From Thermoproteota archaeon (lineage in GTDB: Archaea; Korarchaeota; Korarchaeia; Korarchaeales; Korarchaeaceae): 64,000 nucleotides of DNA. Position 1 is the stretch's first letter. Each line of letters starts with the position of its first letter. A program made the position numbers and the translations under genes. The stretch is from contig JAOZGC010000004.1 in the NCBI GenBank assembly GCA_027491915.1, positions 81,654 through 145,653 of the forward strand, written 5' to 3'. Below are positions 1 to 9,546 of the stretch, piece after piece. The notes beneath the pieces were generated by a model. The model had not been told where the DNA came from and ran no database searches. It worked only from the letters and a program-made list of their open reading frames with translations.

Positions 1-587
1 GGCCCTGACCTGGTCCGGTATACCCTGTCCCGGGCCTCCCTGTACCTCGACGAGAAAAACCCGGGATCGACCCCCTCGCTGCCCGCGACGGCCCTGATCG
101 CCTCCTCCCTGACCTCGGGGTAGTCGGTGAGGGTTCCGTCGAGATCCATCAGGACGGCCTCCGCGGCCTCCAGGTACCTGGGATCCAATCCGACGCCCGA
201 TACGGCCCGCTCGGCCGAGGATCTGGCCTCTCTCAGGTCCTCCCCCAGGTATCTGAGGTGGCTCCCCCTCGGGGAGTCGCTGGCCCCGAACCCTGGGACC
301 TCCTCCCCGGGGACCAGGTCGTAGACCTCGTCCTCCAGCCGCTCGTTCGTCAACCCGTAGACCGCCGTCATGGGGACGATCCGCGGGGAGGAAGTCAGGT
401 AGTCTATGTGCCACCTTATCCTCCCCGGCCCGGTGAGGTGCCTCCTGACCCTGGAGAGCACTCCCCCCAGGGCCGATCCGACGTAGCAGTAATAACCCCT
501 CTTGAGGCGGATCCGGCCGAGGGAGCCGACCCCAATCTCCCCCTCCCCGAGGGAGAGGAGGAGGAGGCAGTAGACGCCGCCCTCCAC
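1..587 (-). CDS. DUF123/GIY-YIG (Uri-type) endonuclease fused to a HAD-family hydrolase domain; runs off the window start
   Basis: Hand translation from GTG at 587 is open to the window edge: GVYCLLL..GYYCYVGSALGG..RVRRHL..RWHIDYL..GFGASDS..SHL, then AVLMDLDGTLTD (HAD motif I). Not in the ORF track because it has no stop in the window. Confidence 0.8.
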   Translation of the reverse strand, partial: MEGGVYCLLLLSLGEGEIGVGSLGRIRLKRGYYCYVGSALGGVLSRVRRHLTGPGRIRWHIDYLTSSPRIVPMTAVYGLTNERLEDEVYDLVPGEEVPGFGASDSPRGSHLRYLGEDLREARSSAERAVSGVGLDPRYLEAAEAVLMDLDGTLTDYPEVREEAIRAVAGSEGVDPGFFSSRYREARDRVYRTRSG

Positions 588-588
588 C

Positions 589-1584
589 TCAGAACCCCGG
601 GGGCCTCACCCTCAGGACTTCCCTGTTAACGAGGGTCGGCGGCTCCCTGCCCTCCAGGAAGGCTATCAGATTGTCGGCCACTATCTCGGCCATCTTCGAC
701 CTGGTCTCCAGGCTCGCGCTCGCCGCGTGGGGCGCGAGGACGACGTTGGGCAGACTCAGGAGCGGGTCGTCCGCCGGTATGGGCTCCCGCTCGAACACGT
801 CCAGGGCGGCCCCGGCGATCCACCCCTCCTTCAGGGCCCTGTAGAGGGCCTTCTGGTCGACCACCCTACCCCTGGCCGTGTTGATCAGGTAGGCGGTCGG
901 CTTCATGAGCCTCAACTTCTCCTCGTCTATGAGGTGCTCGGTCTCCGGGGTCAGCGGGGTGTGGAGGCTAACGAAGTCGGACTCCCTCAGGAGGTCGTCG
1001 AGCTCCCTATACTCGTATCCCCTCTCCCTCTCAAGGTCCTCGTCCCTGCGGACGTCGTAGTACAGGATCTTCATGCCGAACCCCTCCGCCCTCCTGGCCA
1101 CCGCCCTCCCTATCCTGCCGAGCCCCACGATCCCGAGGGTGGCCCCGTGGACGTCCCTACCTATCATCATCAGGGGGTGCCACCCCACCTTCCAGTTCCC
1201 CTCCCTGACGTACCGATCTGCCTCGACGACCCTCCTCGCCACCGCCAGCATCAGCGCGAAGGCGAAGTCGGCCACGGTCTCGGTTAGGACCCCGGGCGTG
1301 TTGGTCACGTAGATCCCCCTCTTGGTGGCCTCTCCCACGTCTATGTTGTCGTAGCCCACCGCGTACTGGGAGATTATCCTGAGCCTGGGCGCCGATTCCA
1401 TGACCTCGGCGTCTATGGGATCGGTGAGCAGCGGAACCAGGGCGTCGACGTCCCTGACCCTCTCCAGTATGACCTCCTTGGGTGGGGGGGCCTCCTCTGT
1501 CCACAGATCGACGTCGAAACGCTCCCTTATCCTGCTCAGACCCCTCTCGGGTATCTCCCTCGTGATGAAGACTTTGGGCCTCAA
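589..1584 (-). CDS. gyaR: Glyoxylate reductase / D-2-hydroxyacid dehydrogenase
   Basis: [26 protein letters not shown] Rossmann motif, [20 protein letters not shown]. Confidence 0.9.
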   Translation of the reverse strand: MRPKVFITREIPERGLSRIRERFDVDLWTEEAPPPKEVILERVRDVDALVPLLTDPIDAEVMESAPRLRIISQYAVGYDNIDVGEATKRGIYVTNTPGVLTETVADFAFALMLAVARRVVEADRYVREGNWKVGWHPLMMIGRDVHGATLGIVGLGRIGRAVARRAEGFGMKILYYDVRRDEDLERERGYEYRELDDLLRESDFVSLHTPLTPETEHLIDEEKLRLMKPTAYLINTARGRVVDQKALYRALKEGWIAGAALDVFEREPIPADDPLLSLPNVVLAPHAASASLETRSKMAEIVADNLIAFLEGREPPTLVNREVLRVRPPGF

Positions 1585-1633
1585 GGTGTCACCCGATCGA
1601 GCCGGGCTCGTCCGCTTTAAACGGTTCCCGCCC

Positions 1634-2281
1634 TCACCTGAACACGAACCCCTTCCTCATGTACCACAGGTAGAGGTCCGCCTCGGCCATGCTCATGCCG
1701 GCGGCCTCGACCACGCCCCTCAGGGCCCCTTCCAGCTCCAGGTACCTCCTCCTGGTCAGGGACCTGGGTCTCCTCGCCACCCCGTACTCCTCCATCAGGG
1801 ATAGCACGTGCCTGTCCAGTATGGCCAGATCCCTCCTGCCGACGTTCCTGAGGAAGTGACTAGCCTCCTTCATTCCAATCCCCCTTATCTCCCTCCTCAG
1901 AACGTCCCTGGCCTCTCCGGACGGCAGCCGGGGGATCACCCTTCTGACCCACCCTATCCTCTCCCTGGCCCCGACGATGAAACCGGCCCGGGCCGCCGGG
2001 AACCTGTGCCCGGCCCTCCTGAGGAACGCCTCTATCTCCCCCTCTTCCCCCTCCCACAGGAGGGAACTCTCGTCCAGCCCCACGGCCATCTCGTAGGCCG
2101 CTACACCGGAGAAGTTGGCCGCCAGCAGGCAGAAGGCCAGCTCCCTCATCCAGGCCCGTTCGCCCGATCTCCCTATCCTCTCAAATTCCCTCAGCCTCTC
2201 CTCCACCCTCTCGGCGACGCTGGTCCCCCTAAGCCTGATGAGCTCCCTCACCAGGTCTACCGCCGACGGCACGATCTCCAT
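1634..2281 (-). CDS. ogg: 8-oxoguanine DNA glycosylase/AP lyase (archaeal Ogg)
   Basis: [15 protein letters not shown], HhH motif [22 protein letters not shown]. Confidence 0.9.
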   Translation of the reverse strand: MEIVPSAVDLVRELIRLRGTSVAERVEERLREFERIGRSGERAWMRELAFCLLAANFSGVAAYEMAVGLDESSLLWEGEEGEIEAFLRRAGHRFPAARAGFIVGARERIGWVRRVIPRLPSGEARDVLRREIRGIGMKEASHFLRNVGRRDLAILDRHVLSLMEEYGVARRPRSLTRRRYLELEGALRGVVEAAGMSMAEADLYLWYMRKGFVFR

Positions 2282-2333
2282 CCGCCGGGGGAACTCCTTA
2301 ATTAGGGCAGCCCCGGCGGACTACTTGAGGGGA

Positions 2334-3383
2334 ATGCCGAAGAAGAAGGTTGAGGATACCCACGAGGAGGAGGTCCCCGAGGGCTCGGGGGAGGTCCCGG
2401 CGGATCTCCTGGAATCGGTGGAGGAGGTGTTCGTCGAGGGCGGGGAGGGGGTGGACCTCACCGTTTTGGAGGGGGTCGGCCCCACGACCGCCAAGAAGCT
2501 CACCGACGCGGGATTCCTGACCCTGGAGTCGATAGCCCTGTCCAGTCCGGTGGAGCTCTCCGTGGCGTCGGGGGTCCCGGAGTCGACGGCCAAGAAGATA
2601 ATAGCGGCCGCCAGGAAGAGGCTGAAGATAGACGTCATGACCGCTCTGGAGTACTACCAGCAGAGGAAGTCCGTCCAGAGGATCACCACCGGCAGCAGGG
2701 GGCTGGACGACCTCCTGGGAGGGGGTCTGGAGACCCAGGCCATAACCGAGATATACGGACCCTATGGATCGGGGAAGACCCAACTGTGCCACCAGATAGC
2801 CGTAACCGTTCAGCTCCCGCCTGAGAGGGGCGGCCTGGGCAAGGGGGCTTTCTACATAGATACGGAGGGGACCTTCCGCCCCGAGAGAATAGTTCAGATA
2901 GCGGAGAGATTCGGCCTGGACCCGGAGAGCGCGCTAAAGAACATACTGGTGGCCAGGGCCTACACGAGCGACCATCAGATGGTCGTCACCGAGAAGGCCG
3001 AGCCCTACCTGGCCGGGCGCAACGTCGGCCTGGTGATAGTGGACTCCCTGATAAGCCACTTCAGGGGGGAGTACACCGGCAGGGAGACCCTGGCCGAGAG
3101 GCAGCAGAAGCTCAACAGGTACATACACAGGCTCCTGAGGTACGCCATGGCCTACAACCTGGCGGTCCTGGTCACTAACCAGGTGGTCTCCGAGGTGGGC
3201 TTCGTATGGGGCGACCCGACCAAGCCGGCCGGCGGGCACGTAATAGGGCACGGGGTCACCGCCAGGCTCTACATAAAGAGGGGGAAGGCCGGCAGGAGGG
3301 TGATAAAACTCGTCAAGAGCCCCTACCTCCCGGAGGATCAGGTTGAGGTCGCGATAACGGAGGGGGGGGTCGTCGACGTCTGA
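2334..3383 (+). CDS. radA: DNA repair and recombination protein RadA
   Basis: N-terminal HhH (LEGVGPTTAKKL), Walker A GPYGSGKTQ, YIDTEGTFRPER, LIVDS, RGEYTGRETLAERQQKL; ATG 2334 chosen as start; no intein. Confidence 0.95.
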   Translation: MPKKKVEDTHEEEVPEGSGEVPADLLESVEEVFVEGGEGVDLTVLEGVGPTTAKKLTDAGFLTLESIALSSPVELSVASGVPESTAKKIIAAARKRLKIDVMTALEYYQQRKSVQRITTGSRGLDDLLGGGLETQAITEIYGPYGSGKTQLCHQIAVTVQLPPERGGLGKGAFYIDTEGTFRPERIVQIAERFGLDPESALKNILVARAYTSDHQMVVTEKAEPYLAGRNVGLVIVDSLISHFRGEYTGRETLAERQQKLNRYIHRLLRYAMAYNLAVLVTNQVVSEVGFVWGDPTKPAGGHVIGHGVTARLYIKRGKAGRRVIKLVKSPYLPEDQVEVAITEGGVVDV

Positions 3384-3411
3384 GGGATCTCGGGCGGGCG
3401 GCCTGATCCGG

Positions 3412-3612
3412 GTGTCCGTCGGCGGCGAGACTCTCCTCCTCGGTCGTGGGTCCACCGCCCGCTCCCTCTACGCCAAGCTGAACCTGCATCCAGAGGCATA
3501 CCTGCTGATATCGGGGGGATCCCCCGTGCCGGACGGGGCATCCCTCGAGGACGGAGACGAGGTCTCCGTGCTCCGCGTGACCTATCACGTGTCCCCGGTA
3601 GATGGGAGATGA
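3412..3612 (+). CDS. MoaD/ThiS-like ubiquitin-fold protein lacking the C-terminal Gly-Gly
   Basis: Beta-grasp-like pattern ending LEDGDEVSVLRVT; stop overlaps the tRNA thiolase start (ATGA); C-terminus is VSPVDGR. Confidence 0.7.
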   Translation: MSVGGETLLLGRGSTARSLYAKLNLHPEAYLLISGGSPVPDGASLEDGDEVSVLRVTYHVSPVDGR

Positions 3613-4574
3613 GGTTCCCAACATGCCACTCGTGCGGGGAGAGGCCCGCGGCGATAACCCTCAGGGACCTCGGGGCCGAGTACTGCGCCGCCTGCCTCGA
3701 GAGGTCCGTCCTCCGCAGGGCGAGGTCGTCGGTGGCCGACCTGCTCTCTGAGGGGGATCGGGTGGTGGTGGCCCTCTCGGGGGGGAAGGACAGCTCCGTG
3801 GCCCTCTACGTCCTGAGCCGGATGGCGAGGGAGGGGGGCATGGACGTCGACCTCGCTGCGCTCACGGTCGACGAGGGGACTCCCTACAGGAGGGGGGCCA
3901 TCCGGGCGGCCTCCGAACTCGCGGCCATGCTGGGGGTCCCCCACAGGGTGGTGAGCCTGAAGGACTATCACGGGATCTCCATAGGAGAGCTGGAGGGATC
4001 CCTTCCCCCGGGACACAGGAGGTCTCCCTGCACCTACTGCGGGGTCCTCAGGAGGCAGACCCTGAACGTGGCCGCCAGGGAGATGGGGGCCGACTGGCTT
4101 GCCACCGGGCACAACCTGGACGACCTGGTTCAGACCTACGTGATGAACCTGATAAGGGGGGACGTGAACGCCATGGGCAAGCTGATCTCCGGGGTCAGGT
4201 CCCCGTCCGAGGCGCTGATCCCCAGGATCCGTCCCCTGGAACTCGTCTACGAGAGAGAAACCGCGGCCCTGTCGGTCGCGCTCGGGCTGCCGGCCCAGCT
4301 CGGAAAGTGCCCCATGACGAGGGGGCTGAGGATACCCGTGAGGAGGGCCCTGGACGACGTCGAGCTCTCGAACCCCGGGTTCAAGAGATCCCTATACGAG
4401 GGACTCACCGAGCTGCTCCGGCGCAGGAGGACAGATATTCTCTCCCACATAGAGGTGAGGCCGTGCGAGATCTGCGGGGAACCGACCACGGGGACCGTGT
4501 GCAAGGCCTGCGAGCTGAAGGGAGAGCTGGAGTCCATCCTGGGGAGGAGACTCCCCAGACTCCACAGCGCCTAG
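3609..4574 (+). CDS. tRNA 2-thiolation protein, TtuA/NcsA/Ncs6 family
   Basis: N- and C-terminal Zn fingers (CHSC/CAAC, CEIC/CKAC), PP-loop SGGKDS, CTYC, TGHNLDD. Confidence 0.9.
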   Translation: MRFPTCHSCGERPAAITLRDLGAEYCAACLERSVLRRARSSVADLLSEGDRVVVALSGGKDSSVALYVLSRMAREGGMDVDLAALTVDEGTPYRRGAIRAASELAAMLGVPHRVVSLKDYHGISIGELEGSLPPGHRRSPCTYCGVLRRQTLNVAAREMGADWLATGHNLDDLVQTYVMNLIRGDVNAMGKLISGVRSPSEALIPRIRPLELVYERETAALSVALGLPAQLGKCPMTRGLRIPVRRALDDVELSNPGFKRSLYEGLTELLRRRRTDILSHIEVRPCEICGEPTTGTVCKACELKGELESILGRRLPRLHSA

Positions 4575-4611
4575 ATTAAAACCCCCCAGGCCTCAGGCTG
4601 GTGGGAGTCCC

Positions 4612-5385
4612 TTGGGCTGGATGAGGATCAGGAGGTTGGCCGAGGTAGACGGCGGACATAGGTACGCCATCGCCGGATTCGCCGGAGTAGCCAACGTCGG
4701 CGAGCAGACCGTGTCCCATGTGAGAAGCTCCCTCGGGGGGAGGCCCGTGGTCGAGATATACTCGGAGTACCTCCTCCTGCCGGGGAACATGGCCGGGATA
4801 TCCGTCTCGGAGGACGGGAGCTTCGAGCTCCCATCCATACGAATATCCGAGGCCGAAGCCCCCTCGGGAAAGATCCTGCTGGTCTCCTCCCCGGTTCAAC
4901 CCCTTCCCTGGGGCCAGATGGAGGTGGCCGACGCCGTCGTGGGAGAGCTCAGGGCCATGGGATGCGAGACCCTGATAGTGGTGACCGGGTTCGCGGAGGA
5001 GGAGATGTCCGGCAGCGTCCTCGTCTTCGGAGGCGACAGGGAGACCGTGGACCTGCTCGTCGGGGCCGGCGCCAGGGAGGTGGAGCCCATGAGGTCGATA
5101 GTCGGCCTGGCCGGGGCCCTGCTCGCGACCGCCAAGATAGAGGGGATGAGATTCGTCTCGGTCACCGGCGTGGCCGAGGCCGTGTCCACCGATCCGAGGG
5201 CCGCCAGGGAGGTCCTCAGGGTGCTGTCCTCCGGGCTCAACCTGAACCTGGATCTCTCCAAGGTTGAGAGGGAGGTCGAGGAGTACGAGGAGCTGAAGAG
5301 GAGGGTGCTGTCCGAGCTCGAGCGGCAGCTCCAGGCCCTCGGGGAGGAGGGGAGGCCTCCCATAGAGTCGGACTACGTGGGGTGA
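4612..5385 (+). CDS. PAC2-family proteasome assembly chaperone
   Basis: GFAGVANVG, IVGLAGALL, DPRAAREVL, LDLSKV, C-terminal DYVG. Confidence 0.8.
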   Translation: MGWMRIRRLAEVDGGHRYAIAGFAGVANVGEQTVSHVRSSLGGRPVVEIYSEYLLLPGNMAGISVSEDGSFELPSIRISEAEAPSGKILLVSSPVQPLPWGQMEVADAVVGELRAMGCETLIVVTGFAEEEMSGSVLVFGGDRETVDLLVGAGAREVEPMRSIVGLAGALLATAKIEGMRFVSVTGVAEAVSTDPRAAREVLRVLSSGLNLNLDLSKVEREVEEYEELKRRVLSELERQLQALGEEGRPPIESDYVG

Positions 5386-5391
5386 GCCACC

Positions 5392-5739
5392 TTGCCCCTC
5401 GACAGGCTGAGGGAGAAGATGACGAGGGAAAACCTGTGGCTCTACATATTCGCCCTCCTGCTCGAGGGGCCGAAGTACCCGTACGAGATGGCCGACCTGA
5501 TAGAGAAGAGGTTCGGCTGGAGGCCCGCCAGGGTGACTGCCTACATAGTGATGAACAGGCTGAGGGCCGAGGGCTACCTGAGGGCTGTCAGGGTTCGGGG
5601 TGAGAACGGCAAGGCCCGCAACTACTTTGAGCTGACGGAGAAGGGGAGGAAGACCTTCTCCGAGGCGGAGAGGCTCCTGAGGTTGATATACAGGGAGCTG
5701 TTTGACAGGGAGATAGAGGATGGCCCGGATATGGCTTGA
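5392..5739 (+). CDS. PadR-family transcriptional regulator
   Basis: GPKYPYEM, YIVMNRLRAEGYL, RNYFELTEKG winged-helix pattern. Confidence 0.85.
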   Translation: MPLDRLREKMTRENLWLYIFALLLEGPKYPYEMADLIEKRFGWRPARVTAYIVMNRLRAEGYLRAVRVRGENGKARNYFELTEKGRKTFSEAERLLRLIYRELFDREIEDGPDMA

Positions 5740-6778
5740 CGCGGGGGCGCCCCGCGAGGCGCGCTACTTCTCCGTGATAGCCGAGTTGGCCCGGGAGAGG
5801 GGTCACGAAGTCCTCCTGACGGCGAAGGATCACGCCGAGACGGTAGGGCTCCTCCGTCGGCTTGGGGCGGATTTCGTCCCGGTCGGGAAGCACGGAGGCG
5901 GGACCAAGCTGGGGAAGCTCATCTCCTACGCCGAGAGGGCCGCCTCCCTCGCCTCCGTGGTATCCAAGTTCGACCCCGACGTTCTGGTCTCCCTGTCGGT
6001 GCCGGAGGCAGTCAGGGTGGCCTTCGGCCTGGGTAAGAGGATAATCTCCATAGACGACGCGCCTCACGCGTACCACGTCGGGAAGCTCTCCCTCCCCCTG
6101 TCCGACGCCGTCGTCTTCCCCGCCGCCATACCGCCCGAGCTCTTCCTCCGGCTGGGCGCCCCTCGGGAGGCCCTTCACCCCTTCGACGGGATAGATGAGG
6201 TGGCCTGGATAAGGAGGTTCTCCCCCGACGAGCGGGTCCTGGATGAGCTCGGACTGGAGCGCGGCGACCTGATAGTCGTGGCCAGGCCGGAGGAGTCCAA
6301 GGCCGCGTACCTGATGGACAGGGGGGACCTGGGCGTCGTCCTCCCGGTGGTCAGGCTGGCCCTGGAGGAGGGGGCCAGGGTGGTCTTCTTCCCGAGATAT
6401 CCAGACCAGAGGAGGGCCGTTCAGGAATTCTCGGGAGGATCCGTAGTGATCCCGGACAGGCCGGTGGACACCCTGAGCCTCTACCACTTCTCGTCCATGG
6501 TGGTGACCGGCGGCGCGACCATGGCCAGGGAGGCGGCCATGTTGGGAGTCCCATCCCTCGTCATGTTCCCCCTTGAGGTGCCCCTCCACATAGAGAAGTA
6601 CCTCGGGCGGCTGGGTCTCCCCATCCGCAGGGTCGGGGGGGTGGAGGAGGCCCTGGGGCTGGCCCGGTCCATACTGAGGGATCCGGAGTCGCACAGGGTG
6701 GATCCGAGACCCATCGTGTCCGCCATGGAGGATCCGGCCGAGCTGATCCTCTCGATCATAGATGGCTGGTCCTCCTGA
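5720..6778 (+). CDS. DUF354 family protein (GT-B fold, putative glycosyltransferase)
   Basis: RIWLD, VGKHGG, RPEESKAAY, GGATMAREAAMLGVP. Confidence 0.8.
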   Translation: MARIWLDAGAPREARYFSVIAELARERGHEVLLTAKDHAETVGLLRRLGADFVPVGKHGGGTKLGKLISYAERAASLASVVSKFDPDVLVSLSVPEAVRVAFGLGKRIISIDDAPHAYHVGKLSLPLSDAVVFPAAIPPELFLRLGAPREALHPFDGIDEVAWIRRFSPDERVLDELGLERGDLIVVARPEESKAAYLMDRGDLGVVLPVVRLALEEGARVVFFPRYPDQRRAVQEFSGGSVVIPDRPVDTLSLYHFSSMVVTGGATMAREAAMLGVPSLVMFPLEVPLHIEKYLGRLGLPIRRVGGVEEALGLARSILRDPESHRVDPRPIVSAMEDPAELILSIIDGWSS

Positions 6779-8087
6779 AGTACTTCCTCCATAAGACCTC
6801 GGCCAGCACCACGGCCGGCTCCGCGACGTCGCACACCTCCGGGTTGTAGGGGTACTCCAGGAGCCTCAGGTCCTGGATCCTCATCCCCATCCTTATCGCC
6901 AGGGTGGCCAGCGCGACCCTCTCCCTGATCCCCCTCCTGCCGAAGAACTGGGCTCCCAGGAGCCTGCCCTCCGGATCCGCCACGAACCACCCGGTGACCC
7001 TCTCCCTGTCCGGGGAGTACCGTGGCCTGTCAGATCCGGAGAAGGACCCCGTCTTATATTCCATTCCGAGCCTGAAGGCCTCCCCGGCGGTTAGCCCGAC
7101 CCCCCCGAGCTCGTACTCGCCGAAGCGCAGGACGTAAGGGCAGAGGGCCCCGGGATACTTCGTCCTGCCGCCGACCGAGTTCTCCCCGGCCACCCTCCCC
7201 TGGACCAGGGCCGTGGAGGCCAGCCCCGTCACCATGGGCCTGCCGCTGACCAGGTTCTTGACCTCCGCCACGTCTCCCGCCGCGTAAACGTCCTTCACCA
7301 CCCTCATCTCGTCGTCAACCACGAGTCCGCCGGTCTCTCCTATCGGGAGGCCTGCCTCGGCCGCCAGCCTCGATTCCGGCCTGACCCCCGCGGCGAGTAT
7401 GACGGTATCCGCCTCCACGAACCTCCCGCCGGCCGCCGCGACGCCCGTGACCCTGCCGCCGGACCCCCTTATCTCCTCCACCCTCGCCCTCAGCATGACC
7501 TTGACCCCCATCTCGGACAGGGCCTTGGCCGCCGCGGAGGCGATGGGGGGGTCCACCTTCCCCGGCATGAGCTGGTCCATCATCTCCATGAGGGTGACCT
7601 CCCTCCCGGTGGTCGCCAGCTCGGCCGCCGTCTCTATCCCCGTCGCGCTCCCCCCGACCACAGCGACCTTCTCGCCGAGCCACCCCAGTATCCTCTCGGC
7701 GTCTTCCACGTCCCAGAGCTTGCTTACCCCCTCCAGGTCCCTCCCGGGTATGGGCGGCAGGACCGGCCTCAACCCCGTGGCTATTATCAGCGAGTCGTAG
7801 TGGACCCTCTCCTCGTCTCCGTCCGCCTCGAAGGTTACCTCCTTCCTCTCCGGGTCGATTCTTCTGGCCTCCGCCCTCACTATCACCTGGACCCCAGGCC
7901 TGGATCTCCTCTCCACCACGTCGTCTAAGCCGAGCTTCCCGGAGAGGACGTAGGGGAGGGCGCACGGGTGATAGGATGGATACGGGTGCCTCTCCAGCAC
8001 CAGGACCTCGGCCCCCCTGGAGGAGAGCCTCGCGGCGGCGGCCGCCGTCTGCCCCGCCGTCCCGTTCCCTATGACCACGACCCTCAT
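6756..8087 (-). CDS. FAD-dependent NAD(P)H oxidase / CoA-disulfide reductase family protein
   Basis: VVVIGNGTAG, SYHPCALPY active-site Cys, ATG motif, GGSATGIE, YAAGD; start taken as ATG 8087. Confidence 0.85.
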   Translation of the reverse strand: MRVVVIGNGTAGQTAAAAARLSSRGAEVLVLERHPYPSYHPCALPYVLSGKLGLDDVVERRSRPGVQVIVRAEARRIDPERKEVTFEADGDEERVHYDSLIIATGLRPVLPPIPGRDLEGVSKLWDVEDAERILGWLGEKVAVVGGSATGIETAAELATTGREVTLMEMMDQLMPGKVDPPIASAAAKALSEMGVKVMLRARVEEIRGSGGRVTGVAAAGGRFVEADTVILAAGVRPESRLAAEAGLPIGETGGLVVDDEMRVVKDVYAAGDVAEVKNLVSGRPMVTGLASTALVQGRVAGENSVGGRTKYPGALCPYVLRFGEYELGGVGLTAGEAFRLGMEYKTGSFSGSDRPRYSPDRERVTGWFVADPEGRLLGAQFFGRRGIRERVALATLAIRMGMRIQDLRLLEYPYNPEVCDVAEPAVVLAEVLWRKYFRRTSHL

Positions 8088-8147
8088 CTCCCCGGACTCC
8101 GGCCGCCTAAATTTTAAGCCGGGGGGGCGCGGCCCGCCGACGTCCTG

Positions 8148-8918
8148 ATGCCCTATCTCAGGGTCGTTCCGGTGGCCGGGAAGATCAGGGCCTCCAAGCC
8201 GGTGGTCCTGGTTCAGGGGGTGCCGGGCCTCGGCCTGGTTGGGAAGATAGCCGTCCAGTACGTCATAGACCTGCTCTCTCCACCTATGGTGGCCAGGATG
8301 TACAGCGACTACCTCCCCCTGCCCGACGGGTCGGCGGGCGTCGCCGTCGGGGAGGGAGACGTCGATCCCCCCTCCTACGACTTCTACCTGCTCAGCCAAG
8401 ACGGGGCCCGGGTTGACCTGGTGCTGCTCACGGCGGAGGCCCAACCCATACCCTGGGGCCAGTACAGGATAGGGGAGGCGGTCCTGGACTACGTCGAGGG
8501 ACTGGGCGAGGTGGAGGCCGTCCTAACCTTCGGCGGATACGTACCAGCAGATCCGGCGACCGTCGGGGTGTTCGCCGCCAGCAACGACCCGGACCTGATG
8601 GAGATCCTGGAGTCCCACGGGGTGAGGCGGCTGGACGGGGGATTCGTCACCGGGGCGGCGGGCCTCCTGATAGCCCTGGCCCACCTCCGGGGGTTGAGGA
8701 GCGCCTGCCTCCTAAGCACAACCCGCGGCCACTCGCCCGATCCCGGCGCGGCGCTCCGCCTTGTCAGGCTGCTCAGCTCCCTGTTCGGGTTCGACATAGA
8801 CACCTCCGAGCTGGAAGAGGCGGCCAAGCCGTCCGAGATCCCGAGACCACCGGTCGGCATAGTTCAGGGAGAGGGGGAGGAGCCCAAGGGTGAAGAGGGG
8901 CTGCCCTACCACATGTGA
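8148..8918 (+). CDS. PAC2-family proteasome assembly chaperone (second paralogue)
   Basis: QGVPGLGLVGKIAV, TFGGY, VTGAAGLL, PDPGAA, C-terminal PYHM. Confidence 0.85.
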   Translation: MPYLRVVPVAGKIRASKPVVLVQGVPGLGLVGKIAVQYVIDLLSPPMVARMYSDYLPLPDGSAGVAVGEGDVDPPSYDFYLLSQDGARVDLVLLTAEAQPIPWGQYRIGEAVLDYVEGLGEVEAVLTFGGYVPADPATVGVFAASNDPDLMEILESHGVRRLDGGFVTGAAGLLIALAHLRGLRSACLLSTTRGHSPDPGAALRLVRLLSSLFGFDIDTSELEEAAKPSEIPRPPVGIVQGEGEEPKGEEGLPYHM

Positions 8919-8926
8919 TCTGTCCT

Positions 8927-9529
8927 CTAAGAGATCTTCCTGAGCCTGACCTCTAGGATGCCGTTGTTGTAGGAAGCCTTCGTCCCCTTCGCGTCTACCT
9001 TCGCCGGCAGATCCACGTCGGCCCGGTAGTGACCTGCCCTAACCGAGAGCCTGCCCCCCTTCAGCCTGAGCTTGATATCCTCCTTCTTGACACCCGGTAT
9101 CTCCGCGACGACGACGATCTCGTCGCCGAAGTCCATCACGTCGACCACGGGCTCCCTGACGAGCTTCGTCTCCACCCCCTCCCCGGACCCGTGACCGACC
9201 TCTGCAGCCTCGACCTCCTCCTCCACCTCCTCTATCTCCTCTTTGGGCTCCCCCCCACCAACGTTTCCGAAGTACCTTATCCTCGGCTTGCCGTCCGGCC
9301 CTATGGTCATGTAGTAACCGTACACCATGGGACCCCTTATCTCCATGCCCGATGGGGTCCTCAGCCTCGGGAACTTCTCCTCTATCTCATCCAGGTCCAC
9401 GCCCTCCTCCATCAACTCTCTGAACTGTCTCTCCAGATCCTCCTGCATCTTTCGGAAGAGCCTCATCATCTGCCTGAGCCACTCCTCGAAGGGATCCTCT
9501 TCATCCCCAACCGTCTCGGACACCCTCAT
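8927..9529 (-). CDS. Small heat-shock protein Hsp20
   Basis: GPMVYGY..TIGPDGKP..FGNV, REPVVDV, AEIPGV.KEDI, ASYNNGILEV. Confidence 0.9.
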   Translation of the reverse strand: MRVSETVGDEEDPFEEWLRQMMRLFRKMQEDLERQFRELMEEGVDLDEIEEKFPRLRTPSGMEIRGPMVYGYYMTIGPDGKPRIRYFGNVGGGEPKEEIEEVEEEVEAAEVGHGSGEGVETKLVREPVVDVMDFGDEIVVVAEIPGVKKEDIKLRLKGGRLSVRAGHYRADVDLPAKVDAKGTKASYNNGILEVRLRKIS

Positions 9530-9546
9530 CGTTGGAGGCGCGCCGG

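Noticed and set aside
2115-2333. N-terminal extensions given by the ORF track for radA (also for the NADH oxidase, tldD, pyk, pncB and the coiled-coil gene)
   Set aside because: They overlap neighbouring genes, promoters or tRNA; downstream starts fit family lengths and SD/TATA positions better.
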